A DNA stretch of 64,000 nucleotides from the NCBI RefSeq assembly GCF_037042905.1, contig NC_087245.1:10542001-10606000 (forward strand). Reading direction: 5' to 3'. Origin of the DNA: Lytechinus pictus. Taxonomy: Eukaryota. The notes beneath the pieces were generated by a model. It did no database searches and had not been told where the DNA came from. It worked only from the letters and a program-made list of their open reading frames with translations. Positions 1-14,448 of this stretch are shown in pieces. The position numbers were made by a program, and so were the translations under genes. Numbering within the stretch: the first letter of the stretch is position 1; each line of letters opens with the position of its first letter.

Positions 1-6
1 TTTGGT

Positions 7-315
7 TTATATGACACCTAAAATTGATTTTTTTTTCATATGAAATGTATGAATTTTGATGCAAAACATGCTCATGCAGTGCGATTTTGGTCTGTTGATT
101 GTTACGTCATTACAACATGCGCACTGCTGGTGCCTGTATGAGCTGCAGAGCTGCAGTCTCGGTGCACGCGTGCAATGGACGAAATTGTATGGATCCAAAA
201 TTGCACGATGAATGGATCCAAAATTGCACGGTTGATGACGTCATTGCAAAATGGGCTGAATGAACGATATCAAACAACCAATCAAATCACAAGGATCTAT
301 CTACGTGTCATATAA
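7..315. mobile_element. Small MITE-like element with TTATATGACAC termini (superfamily unassigned)
   Basis: TTATATGACAC at 7-17 and its reverse complement GTGTCATATAA at 305-315. Internal duplication of ATGGATCCAAAATTGCACG. It abuts the right-half remnant (316-357) of the palindromic MITE family seen intact at 48733. Confidence 0.55.
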
Positions 316-2292
316 TCGCTCTTAACTTCCAAACAGCTTTATGAAACGGCCCCCTGAACTGGATGTCATACACACTGCACATAGTACAAATTACCTGCAA
401 CATTATTTTCTATCTGCTTCACTGTATGTAGCAGTGGCAAAAGTAGGCAAGTACATGCAGTTCATTTATAATTTAGCATTTAATATTTCAGGTTTACCCA
501 TATATAAATTGCTTGGTTCTCCCCATTATCTCTATTATCAATTTTAATAATGAACAATGGAGAGCAGCTGCCTTTTTTTCTATCTCTCCCAAGCATGTAT
601 TCTATCATCAGTGACCTGGTATTAGGTTGATAATTTCCTTTGATATCAATATATTAAGTGATCATTTGTATGAGGGATTAATAATGCATGTATTCCTTTC
701 GGATTGAAAACAAAATGGATTGATCATATATGGATATTGCATAAATGTATCTGACAATCTATTTTGTGCAATAAAGTAAAGTTCTTGATTCAGCTCCTTT
801 AAGAAAAAATCTTCATAATCAGAAATGTTAAAGCTACTAGAGGATTGTAGTCTTTTCAGGGCTAAAACATATTTTGGGTGATAAAAACAGCACTTTGGCA
901 TATCTTCACCTTTTTTTATACATGAATTCAGAATAATTAGGGGAATATTTGATGAAAACATGTTTTTTATAAAAAAAATAATGTTTTTATAATATTTGGA
1001 TAAGGTGAGGTTGGTGTCTCTGAAATAACATCTCATCATGCATCAAGTGGAAAATGACAGTGACAAAAGTTTATGACTTAAGAATAATAATCTACATCAA
1101 AATGAATTGCTTCCATCTTTTAAGAGAATGCCTTGTCTAAGATTTGGGACTGAATACTTTCCTTCTATCTGAATGGGCCTCTGTTTCTTGTGGCATCTGT
1201 CAAAGATGATATGTTAGTTTCCATTAAAAAGAAGTACTTTAACTCACCATAAGCTGGAGGGTAAAGAAGAAACTAACGCACCATTTGCTCACTTCACCCA
1301 AGTCTTGGCTTTCTATTTCTTTGGTTGGATGAAAGCCAGTAAGTAACTGGAAATCTTAATTGAAGCCGAGCCATTAGACATGACGCCTAACAAAAAATTT
1401 CAACCAAGTGTGGTGCGTATTATTGAAACAAGAGCGAATTACATCCACAGTTTAAAATGAGAAAGATTCTCTTCTTTTATTAACAGAAAAAATACCATTG
1501 CAGCGCAATAACATAATTACATACATCCGTCACAAATGCTATGTACATTGTCGTTCAGCAACTGAAAAGGCAATATGACATTATTGATTGCAAAAAGCAA
1601 TACCAAATATTCTTATAACTATAAGTCAATGAAAAAAGAAATAAAAAAACAATATTTTTCAATAATATTGACCACATTGAATTTTACTTGAGGAACAATA
1701 GCATACTAAAAGGTTTTTTTCATTCACTTGAACAAAAAATTAATTCTGACTGCCTTTCAATGTGTGGGTATAATGCTTTCAACGTGAGTCCCTTCAAGAA
1801 AACTAATAATCTGTTGATTGATATTCACTGTGAAGCATGAAATGTCATGAATGTCATTTCCAGGGTAGAAAAAAAATTATGTTAGAGAGAGTACTGAATT
1901 TTTTCCTTAATGTATATAAAATCATGGCATCCACAATATTAACAAAATTACAACAAATTAAACCCAACTGAAATGTGAAGTAGCAAATAAATGTAATCTA
2001 ACAATACTTATTGATCTTTCATGTCCTCACCATAAGCACCTGAAGTTATACAGGTACGTACAAAGATTGTCTGCCTCCTACAATATCACCCACATAATCC
2101 CCAGTCAATCTATACCAAAGTCGGCCAAAATCATTTGAAATGTGTCTAAAACATTTCATATTTAATCCATATTGTATCATTTAGCATTTATGTTTGGACA
2201 GGCAGAAGTGTCTCTCTCCATCCTTTCACATTAAATCAACAATTAGTTTACTATTTTCTTTCTGCTTTGAGAAAAATTACACAGAATCTTAA

Positions 2293-2885
2293 AGGACAAG
2301 TCCACCCCAACAAAAAGTTGATTTGAAAAAAGGAGAAAAATCCAACAAGCAAAACACTGAAAATTTCATCAAAATTGGATGTAAAATAAGAAAGTTATGA
2401 CATTTTAAAGTTTCACAAAACAGTTGTATTCACATCCTGGTCGGTATGCAAATTGGCAGACTGATGACGTCACCCACTCACTATTTCTTTTGTATTTTAT
2501 TATATTAAATATGAAATATTCTAATTTTCTGTTCCTTGTCAAGTGAAACAAAGTTTTATTTCTCCCTGAACATGTGGAATTACAATTATTTCAACAGTTT
2601 ATGGTTAAGTTAAGTTGTTCCTTATTGTCAAATCTGTAAAAATTGAAATATTGTATTATTCAAATAATAAAAAACAAAAGAAATAGTGAGTGATGGACAT
2701 CATCGACTCTCTCATTTGCATATTGCTGAGTTGTGCATTGAACTGTTTTGTGAAAAATAAGTGAAACTTAAAAATGTCATAACTTTCTTATTTTACATCC
2801 GATTTCGATGAAATTTGCAGCGTTATGTTTGTTTGATTTTTCTCTATCGATTCAAATCAACTATTTTCTGGGGTGGACTTGACCT
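2293..2885 (+). mobile_element. Kolobok-like non-autonomous DNA transposon, family A, copy 1
   Basis: TTAA|AGGACAAGTCCACCCC ... GGGGTGGACTTGACCT|TTAA with long imperfect inverted arms. TTAA duplication with AG..CT ends fits Kolobok. Three more copies in the window. Confidence 0.85.
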
Positions 2886-5800
2886 TTAAACATACAAGCC
2901 CTTCCCAACAGACTTCTACTAATCAATATGTTATCTGGGTTAATTTATGAAATGACAAGTCTTCCAGCCCTAATCCAGTGCTGAAGGACCGCAAAGGGGA
3001 TGAGAAAGAGGGGATTCTTTCAACATTATTTTGTTGTCTTCAGGGATTCTTATCTCCTAAAATGGACAGAATTCTCAAGCCCTGTTGATTATTCTGTCAG
3101 GTTTGACATTTAGGGAACAGGGAACCTATTTTGTTTGTTTTTTCCAGTGGATACCATCGCATCCATCCATCTCCCAAGTCTGAGCTGGAATCAATGCTGA
3201 TTAAAATAAGCCTCAGACAAAGAAGGGGGAGGGTGTACCATTCAAAGACAGAAAGAGAAAACCCCAGCTAAGTGAACATAAAACAAGAGTTATGGATATC
3301 GAATGATATATAAAAAAAAAGGAAAATCATGAGAAGTTCGGTATTAAAGAAAACATAACATCATGAGTTTGAAAAGAAAACAAAAACTATCAAAAATAGC
3401 TGAAACTATTTCTATCTTTTCATTAACAGTTCTTCTGGTCAAAATACCTCTGCAGGTTTGGGCTAGGTCTGCAATCTTTTTAAATAAATTTTAGATACTT
3501 CTAAATTTTACAAGAAAAAGTTATGTGAATCACCAATTTCCTTTTAAATAAATTTACAACCATTTCCCAACCATGATGTCACAAAACCCATCGGTACAAG
3601 GAGGAATCCATATCTCAACATGAAGCACCGATGTACAACGGAATCTATCTTCATTACATCCCAATATCCTCTCTGTCTTACGTGGACGTGACAAGATTGA
3701 TGACAGCCTAACACCCCATAGATAGCAATCTTACATCTTCCCATTCCTGCAGATGTATACAAGCAAGATTCCTCACATTATTATCTTCAAGGGAAAGGAG
3801 TAAATTATGTCACCACTGACATTCTAGTCAATGGATTGCAGTAGAGGTGAATACATATTGCTTCATGATACTTGCTTGCAAAGTAATTCTGGTTCACATT
3901 ATTTTTAACTCTTCACAATTTTAAATCAAAACTGGTACTAAGAGAAGCTGACAGTTTTCACCCCTAAATAATTAATGAGGCAATATGAATATTCAAAGAG
4001 TAACAATACTCATATAAACAGGCATTTATTACTCAATGTATCTAGGAATAATCTATTTGAGGTGCATCACTACTGCTACCCTGAATATAGCTTGAAATAC
4101 GTTTTCCAGTACACATTACATTCAAGATACAAATCATGCTAGGATTTTTCTACCCACCCCCCCCCCCCCCGTGCCTATGCTGCACTGATCACCCAATATG
4201 CTCATAGAACAGAATTTACATAAGCAACCTGATCAAATTTAGAATGTATAAAAGTATAAAAAGAAAATGCAATACACCTCTTTCTCTCTGATTCTTCCCA
4301 TCTCTCCTCATCTATACCATTCTCTATCTCTCTCTCCTTTTCCCAATCTCTTCCAAACTCCGAAAGATGTGTGATTGTCAAGAACTTGATTAAACTTCCC
4401 TCAAGGATGACCCAGAAACGATGAAGTGAGACAACATGAGAGTAATAATGAAAAATGTAAGCCAATCACTTTGCCCTTTCCAAAGCAAACTTTCATATTT
4501 ACTACACATCGCTTTTGATCTTCGAATTCATATTCTCAGAAAAGGAAGCCATGTGAAGAGGCGGTTTAGATCATAGTCATTCCTTGTTTGTCACTGTGGT
4601 GATGACTGACCAAACATCACCATGGAAAGATGGGATAATCACTTTCCTCTTTACAAAGTAAGCTTTCATCTTACCATGGATCCTCTATCAAGTGACTGTT
4701 CAAAAAATGACACTAGCCATGCCATATACTTTAAGTTCAAAATGCTTCCTCGTTTCTCAACATGCTCAACAAGGAATTCAAACTCACAAATGAAGATTGT
4801 GACAAACATTACCAAGCCGACATACAAGGGAATCACTCTGTTCCTGATACTATATGATTTCTCATCTACCCCTGATGATTGAAAACTTTTATGTTCATAT
4901 CTAATCTGTGACAATTATAAAGCTTTACTGATGCTACAACCTTCTGATGGAGATTGTGACAAACATTAAAAAACTAAAATACCAACCAATCACTTTTAAA
5001 CTTCATGATGCCATATCTACCCCTACTGTAAATATAATGTCAGATATCACTCTGTAAAGTTCATGATTTGAATGAAATTGACTGTATGACAAGGTCGCAA
5101 GTTTTCAATAATTCAAAACCTTCATATGGGAGATTGCAAAACAAATTTCTGAGCTCAAAATACAAGTCAATAACAATGAGGACCAGCAATTAATGTAGGG
5201 GCCAAAACTAAATCTTATCTGACCACATACCTTTACATACCCATATTTTTCTAAGGACAGGTAGGAATGAGAGCCCTCTTTAAAATAAAAATTGAATAAA
5301 CAAATTAGATGGAGGCAGGTGCAATGCAAATTATAAAAGATTCATGTACAAAAATTACATTCATATAATTATGCTTAAAACTTAATTTCTAAACATAATC
5401 CATTTCATAAATCACATGGCCAAACTATCAACCCTTTCCAATATCCTCATGAAATTCCTAAATTTTATCTTTAAGTCAGAACATTGCCACATGCAAAACA
5501 TAATGGTATTCAGCTAAGGGACAATTCAAAAGCTCTGCTGGATGATGGTAATCTATAGGCCTACCAGTAGATCTCGGTAGATCTGAGGAGATCAAAGTGA
5601 ATGTGTAGTATGGATGAAATATAGTGGATTCTACCATTTCAATGTAGGAAATGATCACATTTCTTGCTGTATTTCACGTGATTCGAGCATTGAGCGACCC
5701 GCTTGAGGCATTAGATCTCTAGCAGTATTTAGGTTTATCATACAGATCAATGCATAATACATGGTATTGAAGCTGTACAGTAATTTCACAAGTAAGAAAA

Positions 5801-6429
5801 TCACTGAATATTCTTACAGAATGAATAATTAGATTTATGTACTGCTTTTTGTCAGAACATAAAAAGGGCATCTATTATTAAATTACTCAGGTTTAGCTGG
5901 GGTGAGAAGTACATGTCTTGATTAAAATCATAAAGACATGTATCATACTACATGTAAACTCTGAATCTGAATTTTATCGATAATCCCTCCTCGGTTTTAG
6001 TAAATATCAATGTGTAATTAATATCAATGAATAGATCATTTATTTTTGTTTTAAATGATACCCTACATGATATGATTATGGTTCACATGGAGGTGCAGTG
6101 CCTTGAAATGTGGGGCAAGGTCAAAATTCAAAAGTTGCAAAATGACACAATATTGAAAGTCACTGTTCTTTTTTCAGTGGTGATGAGTGAGTTTCTCAGC
6201 AGTTTGTTTTCATTGGTTTCATCATCATTAACATGGAATCAAACACACCTCTGCACAAGCAAACACATAACAAACATGCATGGGTATTTCAAACCACGAC
6301 TCAAACCATGTTATCTCACAGAACCATCACTACAGAAGCAGGGGCTTGATTTGAATGGATTTTCATCTCTATTGACACAGACAAAAGAATCATGTTCTGT
6401 ATTGACCCTTCATGGCTATTTCTGATCTT

Positions 6430-7016
6430 TTTGCAGCTTTTCAATTCAGACCTCATCCAACACTTTTGAATCCTGCTCTTTTCGTGATGGCATGATCATA
6501 ACAAGCATGGTTTAATTTTAAAGAAAATTAAATGATCTTTTGAATGATATCAAATATGCATTGTCTAAAATTGGGAGTTGGGAGAAATTAATGGCCAAAC
6601 TCAGATTTCCAAACTTTTTTTGCTCGTTTTGCAGCTTTCCTATTCAGACCTCATCCAACACTTTTGAATCCTGCTCTTTTCATGATGGCATGATCATAAC
6701 AAGCATGGTTTCATTTTAAAGAAAATTAAATGATCTTTTGAATGATATCAAATATGCATTGTCTAAAATTGGGAGTTGGGAGAAATTAATGGCCAAACTC
6801 AGATTTCCAAACTTTTTTTGCTCGTTTTGCAGCTTTTCTATTCAGACCTCATCCAACACTTTTGAATCCTGCTCTTTTCGTGATGGCATGATCATAACAA
6901 GCATGGTTTCATTTTAAAGAAAATTAAATGATCTTCAGAATGATGTAAAATATGCATTGTGTAAAATTGGGAGCTGGGAGAAATTAATGGCCAAACACAG
7001 ATTTCCAAACTTTTTT
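6430..7016. repeat. Tandem repeat, 198-bp unit, about 3 near-identical copies
   Basis: GCAGCTTT...TTCAGACCTCATCCAACAC recurs at 6433, 6631 and 6829 (spacing 198). Confidence 0.9.
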
Positions 7017-10000
7017 GAGGGGATCAGATGGAGATAATTTTGGTGATGATACGCTACCAATATTCTCTAATTGTAAATATCCAATTTTCTGGTTGAATGG
7101 AGTGAAAATGACAAGGAATAATGGAGAGGAAAGAGAATGGCAAAAAAGGAAGGTATCAATATTGGGACTGTGTTATCAATCACAATTATATGTAAAAGAA
7201 GAAGATTATCAAAAGTAAGGAAAAGGGATGGTGAATGAAGAAGATTTGGTGGGAGTAAACAAAAAGACATACATGAAGCAAGAAGATTTAGAAATGGAGA
7301 TGTACAGAGATGAAACATAGGAAGTGAGATAATGAGAGAGAGGGGGTGAAAGAGTGAGAAAGAAATAGAAAAGGAAAGAGAGAAGGGGAAGGAGAAATGG
7401 GGAAACAGACAAAAAAGGGTAAAAAATAAAAGTTAACAGATAAGAGAAATCCGACAAAGCATGAGTAATGCGATCTGAGTGCCCTTTGCAGTTTAAACAT
7501 TAGCAGTCAACAATACCCCACCTCCCATCTACTTTAGATGTTAACCTATCTGACGGACCATTGGATTTAGATGAGACGGCCATGCTGCATTAAGTGTTGA
7601 ATACATGTTTGGGATGCATTGAATAATTGACCGCCATGTGCTCTTCTCATGCCATACATCATACACTAGCTTGGCTTCTATGATCTATCGTTTTTGGTGA
7701 TTACGTTGTGCCATCCTCTCTCATGAGTAATCAATTTCCATGGTATATTATATTTGATTGGATGATTGTGCACTATCTGATGAGTTTCAAAGTCACCGAT
7801 AACTACACTTCGGCTCAGGATTATGAAATTCCCTGAAAATATATTTTTATAATAAACCCATTTTCTTTCAGTAATATTCAATAATACATGTGAAATAGAT
7901 AACATTAATATATTTTTTTCATGTAGAAGTGCTGTATAAAAGTGCAAGGCCTTTTATCATAATATCAATGATTTCTGCTCATGACAATCTATCAGATTAA
8001 TCAATCAATCCCATATAATCAGTGCAATGCCTCAAATACCTCACAAATCTGAAAATGCAAAGCTTTTGTATTCTGTTCATGGACTACTTCAAGTACAGGA
8101 TAGTACATTTTCATGTAATAATGATCTATTAATACTTCTAATGCATTGCATCATTTAATGTTCATTCTCCCCGAATAACTGAATAGAATTAAGCCCAAAA
8201 ATCCTTTAATAGTGCTAAATCTATAAAGTACTTTGTTGAATTAGTGTACAAATTTGTATTATTGTACAATGTACATGCCTTTGATGCAGTCAATCAGTGA
8301 AGAGAATACAATTAAGCCATGCATAATTACAATAATAAAGAATTATGATATATAATCAAGAATAATAATAAATGAACTTGAAGACAAACTTGAAGAAAAA
8401 AAAATATATATAAAAAAACTATGGAAAGAATGACATTGTTGCAAGGACAGAGTACATATGAACAGAATGAGATGAAAAAATAGTTGTGCATCCACTATAG
8501 ATGAATTTCAGTGCTAAGATTGGAAAATAAAATATTCAGTGCATTTTCCAAGCTCAGTTAAAAGAGGAGACCATTTGACATTCAAAATAAGCCCATCTAC
8601 AGATGAGGAGAAAATGAGAATCTGACTTATTGCAAAGTTAATCTTTGAATTCTCATTATTTACAGGTAAATACAGATGCACCATTTATTCATTCAGAAAT
8701 GATTTTTTTGTTAATATTGCAGCTAATGCCAATAAATATTTATAACATAATACTAAGAATCAGGCAGGCCTCATTTGAGTCACAGGCAATTACTGTCACA
8801 TCTACAAGACTAAGCATATAAAAGAAACCAAACTTTTATCAAATTTGCTGGAAAATATTAAAAAAGTGACAAATCAATAATTTATTTTTCATTCTTCCCT
8901 TCTGATAGATCTACTCTCTCTTCATACCATGGCAGCTATCCATAAAGAATATTGGAAATATTACAGCAGTTTTATTGAATGCCTGTATAAACAAAAAGCG
9001 TCAATTTTTTTATTATTCCTCCTTGAATAACACTCCTTTTATTGCTGTATTATACAACCCTAGCAAAAAATGACAATATTACCATAATATTAAATGGTTA
9101 AAAGAGCTCATAAATCTCATATTGTTGCAACTTTAATGGATTTGCTAAAATACATCCTTAAGTGAGCTCATTTTTATGGAAATATTTTTTGTGATGTAGA
9201 TTGAACAATGTTCTGCTTTTGGCAGATGATGCATATTATTCTTGTGAACCACTGTTCAAAATACCACAATTTTGTGGTATTCTGAGAGACCAAGTCACTG
9301 AGACATCTAGGATTTTATGTGCATAAGTAATATATATTACCATAATCTTTTGGTATTAGCATTTATAAATGAACAGGCTACAGTGTATCTCTTAATTTCT
9401 ATACATTTTACATGGTAGACCAAATCGAAGATTACAAGTTGAAGATTAGGCCTATATTGAAAATTGTAGATTGCAAATTGCTGATTACAAAATGAAGTGA
9501 ATATAGAATGAAACAAATATAACATGAACACATTTGTATTTGCTGTAGGACTAGAAAACATATTTGGATTGATGGCCAAGAAACTTCAAGTCTGCTTTAT
9601 TCCACACATATAACTGGCCCAGGAGAAAATATTCACTCCAATCCAAGATGCTTATGACTATATTAAATGAGTCATTCATTTTGATTGGTTTCCCTCGGGG
9701 TACATTTTTCTGAGCATTTCTCATGTCATTGCCAGCATTCAACAGCTTTATGCCTGCAGGAGTTCAATGAGGAGGAGAAATGCTTAATCACACCATTAAT
9801 AGTAATACCATCATTTCTCATTACCATTACCTGATTAAACTACATTAAGAGAAAGAGAAAGGGTTTATTTAAAACATTTGAAGTGAAGTTTTAATTATTG
9901 CAGACAGAAAAATTAATTTACAGAAATTTTGTCTCTAATTTTGGGTTAAAATTTGTGAAATTGATTTTTTTATTATAATTTTGAAGAACAAAATACTGTA

Positions 10001-11784
10001 AGATTCAAATCACATTTGAGATACCTTCCAGGGAGTTTAAGAAGCAACTAAAACCATTGTTTTACATAACAGCAGTCTCACCAATCAGGAGACGTTCTCT
10101 TTCCAATCTGCTCTTTAACCCAAAGTAACTATATTCATTAAATTGGCCAGAATTCTGCGCAGCTAATCAAAGGCTGGAATAGAAAGGTCCAAACTAAAAC
10201 TTGAATTCTTTTAAGAACTATTTCAACTGGTTAGTTTCACTTTAAACACACTTTGAATAATTAAAAAAAAAACCTTGTCATTGTGCAATGATGTATTTCC
10301 CCAAAGAAAAAATAGGATGCTTTGGCTTGTGTTAGCCTCCATGATATAGGTGATTTAAAAAAAAAATTGGCAAGAATTCTAAAAAAACAATCAGCCATAG
10401 TTTCATGTTTAGCAGAGCATTTGGTTTTTCTACTCTCAATTTCTTTTTTACTGAATTAAACCATTCTAAACTAAAAAAAAGAAAGAGGTTGAGAATAATG
10501 GGGTTTTCGTAATTAATGTCCATCGTTATATGGTGAAGGATGGTGTGCATACATGGACAACTGGACAGTTGGTATGAGTCAGTCAAGGAAAAACAAAGTT
10601 ATGACATTTTAAAGATTTGCATTATTTCAGTAGAACAGTTCTATGCATGTATCTTTAGGAATATTCAATGAGCAAACTGATGATGTCATATCCCCACTTA
10701 TTATGTTTTATTTTGTTACATGAAATTATGTTTATTCAAATTTAAACAACCTGAAAAAACTTACAGGATACATAACTGCAAAAAATACTAAGAAAATGAT
10801 AATTTGATTCATGTCTGATTTCATTCCCAAGATAAAGAGATGGCTACTACCATCATCCAGTTCAAACATAATTTGATTCTGTGAGGACCATTCATTTTTG
10901 CTTGCCACAGAGGAGCCAACTATTCATCATTCTCTAGGATGTATGATTAATGTGATACCAGCCTAGATACTGATATCAGCTTTCAATCCATCTTTAATTC
11001 ATAAGCTTTAAAAGAAAGCCAGGGGATTAATTGTGCCATATCCCCATTACTCCCATGAATATCAATGCTTTGGAAACTACATATACTTGTTATGTATTCT
11101 TAATAATATTTCATTCAATATCTTCTTGTGTGGATGAGAAAGTGTTGAATAAAATTACTTTGTTATTAGAATTTATTTAAAAACAATTATCTATATAAAG
11201 CCCTCCACACACCTTGCGTCTGGTCTGCGACCCAATTTTGAAATAAAACGCAGTAGAATTTGATAAAAAAAAATTGACAAATTGATAATCTTACTGTGTA
11301 ATGTTCTGAATCATCATACAAATAACTATATTCAAATCTGACTATGATATCATCCTTTTTAAAAAGCAAATTTGAAATCTAGTCGTAATGAAGTCATAGC
11401 AGTTGTATGATTGGCTATGATTTGAAACCAATTTGTACTTTACTCCAAAATAAAGGCTTGTAATAAATTCAAAACTGTTATATAAGTGTTCTTTTTAATT
11501 TGGAATCTAAAAAAAATTTCATTCACATTTTCCGAAAATGCGTAAAATCTTATTTGCTTCATATTGGATTGAGGACCTGTCATAATGTGTGCGGTGGCCA
11601 TAAAGCCCTTTCAATATGTATTCTTAGAATTCACCCAAAAAAGATAAACCAAATTTCAGAATGTACAACTTGTCAAACATACCATTTCAATGGGGATACC
11701 TAAATATTAAATATATGAATTTGTATACCAATACATTTTTTATGCACTTGAGCACATACATGTATGAGCAAGAAATTTACCGAA

Positions 11785-11946
11785 ACTGTGCTGCACTCAA
11801 CCCAGGTTAAGTAGAAAGAAATTCCTTGAATGCTTGAGCACCTATAGGCAGCACAGCTTAAGCCAGGGTAATAATAGCAGCGCTTTGTATCATCAGGCAA
11901 AAAGCGGTATATAAATCCAGCTATTATCATGATCATTATAATTATA
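11785..11946 (+). mobile_element. SINE 3' fragment with L2-type tail
   Basis: CTGCACTCAACCCAGGT ... GCAGCGCTTTG ... AAGCGGTATATAAATCCAGCTATTAT followed by an (ATT)-like tail, typical of SINE2/L2 3' ends. A similar tail is at 43633-43702. Confidence 0.5.
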
Positions 11947-12288
11947 AAAACAATATGAAATGAATTGAAAATTGTACACCTCTTGTATACAAGGTACATG
12001 TATGCACAGATCAGAGTTTAAACATATTTTGATCATTCATTTTATATTAACTTATGATGTGAATTCTGAAAAGTACCTTGCTGTGTCTCTTTAATGACAA
12101 AATCATGTGGAAAATTGTATACATGATACCATTGAAAGTCATAGTTAATTAACTCACTATGGGTGTGAGGAAAGTACCAGCAAGAAACATAAGCCCGCAT
12201 TGTGCCTGGCAAAGGTCAGAACAGTATACGCTCGCTCCCTTTTCTCTTGAAAGATTCAAACCAATTTCTTATCTCCTTCTCAACTTAC

Positions 12289-12301
12289 CTGCACTGTACA
12301 T
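12289..12301 (-). CDS. Candidate alternative first coding exon (M-Y-S-A, phase 1) of the minus-strand gene
   Basis: Minus strand reads ATG TAC AGT GCA G|GTAAGTT, a consensus CAG|GTAAGT donor in the same phase as the other exons of this gene. Confidence 0.35.
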
Positions 12302-13934
12302 AAGGTTAATAGGGAAGAAATCCCTTCAACCCTGAGTAGCAGATAATATTAGATCACAAGAGAGCCAATCTCAAAATCAAGATCGATAAAGGGAGTCATG
12401 CATTGCATTGGCCAACAGCGCTTCCCACCTCCCACCTGCCAGCCACCTTTAATACAAAATAAAAGCTATTTCCTTTTATTTTGTTAATGCTAAATCAGGA
12501 AAGCCTCAAACTCAAAGATAGGTTTGTCTGTCACACCACTAATAAATAAAAGAATCCTGCAATAAGACAAGAAGTAGCATGAATCCACAAATAAAATCTA
12601 AGGAAGAGTTAACAGTAAATGATTTTAATATTACAAACCTTACAGTAGTTATTTGAGAGTTTAAAGAGCCATGGTTAAATAATTGAAGATCACGTATAAA
12701 AAAAAAATCAGTGTTTAATATTTTAAACAAGTACTGTAATAAGGTACATAAAGTGAACAGTGTTGTATAAAAATCTTATACAGCCCTTTTACTGTGTTAA
12801 GCAGCGAAGCACATAAAAAATTCCAGGCTTATCAATTTACTTCTTTCCTGAGCAATACTATACGCAATATTATTATTACTATTATTTATTTGGCAAAATG
12901 AAAATTACATAAACAATACAAATAATTCCAATATCAAAGAATGAATAATAGAAATAGAGATTAACCAATGGAAAGCCAGGGGGGGGGAGAGTTAACTAAA
13001 TAACTGTGACAATACACCTTCTGCCCCACTTCCAGTAGTTATAAACATACCGTGGTATACATACATGAATTCAAAATATTAAAATAATACATACAGTGTT
13101 AGGATCTGTTTAACTTTGGAAAAATATAATATTTTGGAATAGTATATTGGAAATAATACAACAAGGGATTTGGTAAATTTATTCAGAAGAAAATGAAATT
13201 TCAAGTCATTAAAGTTGAACCAACATTATCACAGAGAAAACATGTATGGAGAAGCATTAAAAACACAGAGGATGGTTCCTATTATCTTCAATGAGTTTTA
13301 TAGCAGAGATCTAGAGAAGATGTTAAAGTAGACCTTGTCAACAAATAACCACATGACACAGATGAGACAGGCTGAGGGCAATGATATGAGGAAAAAAGGG
13401 TAGTGGGTATAATTCTTGGTGGCTGACTGGTCGCTGAACGATATAGGAAATTTACATTTTGTAAGAGTCTAATTTCAAGTGATGGACAGGCTAATGTTGC
13501 TATGGTTTCCCAAACCAATGGGTTAGGACACGCATCATTAGAAGGTCAGCAGGAAAGTGAGAGAAATAAAGATAGGTTGATGCCTTGGAAGGAAAGAAAA
13601 AAAATTAGAGAGAGAGGGGAAGGTAAAAAGCAAAAAGGGAGACAAAGAGGAATTGGAATAAAAATAATGATGGTAAAAGTGACACAAGAGTTGCAAGACA
13701 AATAGTAATAGTAAAGAAACGTAGAAGAGAACAATTAAAGAGTACAGATCATGGAGAGGAAAAGAATATGAGGGAAATTGAAGAATAATATGCATTTTGT
13801 ATTCAATGAAAAATGAATTAAAAGAAACAAAAAGTTTTGTTTTCTTGCTAATTCTCTTAGTGTTCTCATCATTAAATTCATAGACTTTGTCTATTGTTAT
13901 AAAGAGGCAAAAATTAAAGCTCATAGAAACTTAC

Positions 13935-14024
13935 ATCTCTTGAAGTTCTTCAGAGAGAGCCTCTTACGGAGCTGCCGCACTCGGTTCACTGATCCATCCA
14001 TTCCGTTCACGTTTGTTTCTCCAT
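13935..14024 (-). CDS. Internal 90-nt coding exon (NGETNVNGMDGSVNRVRQLRKRLSLKNFKR), possibly the N-terminus of a PFTAIRE/PCTAIRE (CDK14/16/17-like) kinase
   Basis: Minus-strand acceptor TTTTATTCTTTCTAG and donor GTAAGT. Open in phase 1-1 and joins in frame with the 38417-38444 exon. The motif R-V-R-Q-L-R-K-R-L-S recalls K-M-K-K-L-R-R-T-L-S of CDK14 (from memory; identity tentative). Confidence 0.7.
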
Positions 14025-14448
14025 CTAGAAAGAATAAAACAGACAAAGGGGGCTAGGTGAAAGAGAAAGTAATGCAATTACGAACAACCAAATCATTTTA
14101 AGTTTTCACACTACACAGCATACACAGTCAGATTTTCATCACAAGATAAGATTTGTTAAAGTAGACATTATACAACATATTAGTAACACAAGACAGGATA
14201 GTGTGAATCTATGATTATCTTTCAACTTTATTGGTAAAGCAGGAAATGATTTAGGGTGATTTTTGTTGTTGAAAATTTGTAAAATACCACTGTGAAAATA
14301 TCACACGTTTACGTGTACATTGATAAAATAATCTGCGTGCATACATATATCAAGCCCCTCTATGTTTTAAACAAATTTTTATCATATTAGAATGACCATT
14401 TTTTTTTCTTAGATAGAACAAGGTATACTTAAGCTAAGGACTGCTTAA

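Noticed and set aside
662..1039. 125-aa minus-strand ORF and similar AT-rich ORFs (6027-6425, 13538-13924)
   Set aside because: Composition typical of AT-rich intron translation; no recognisable homology or supporting splice structure.
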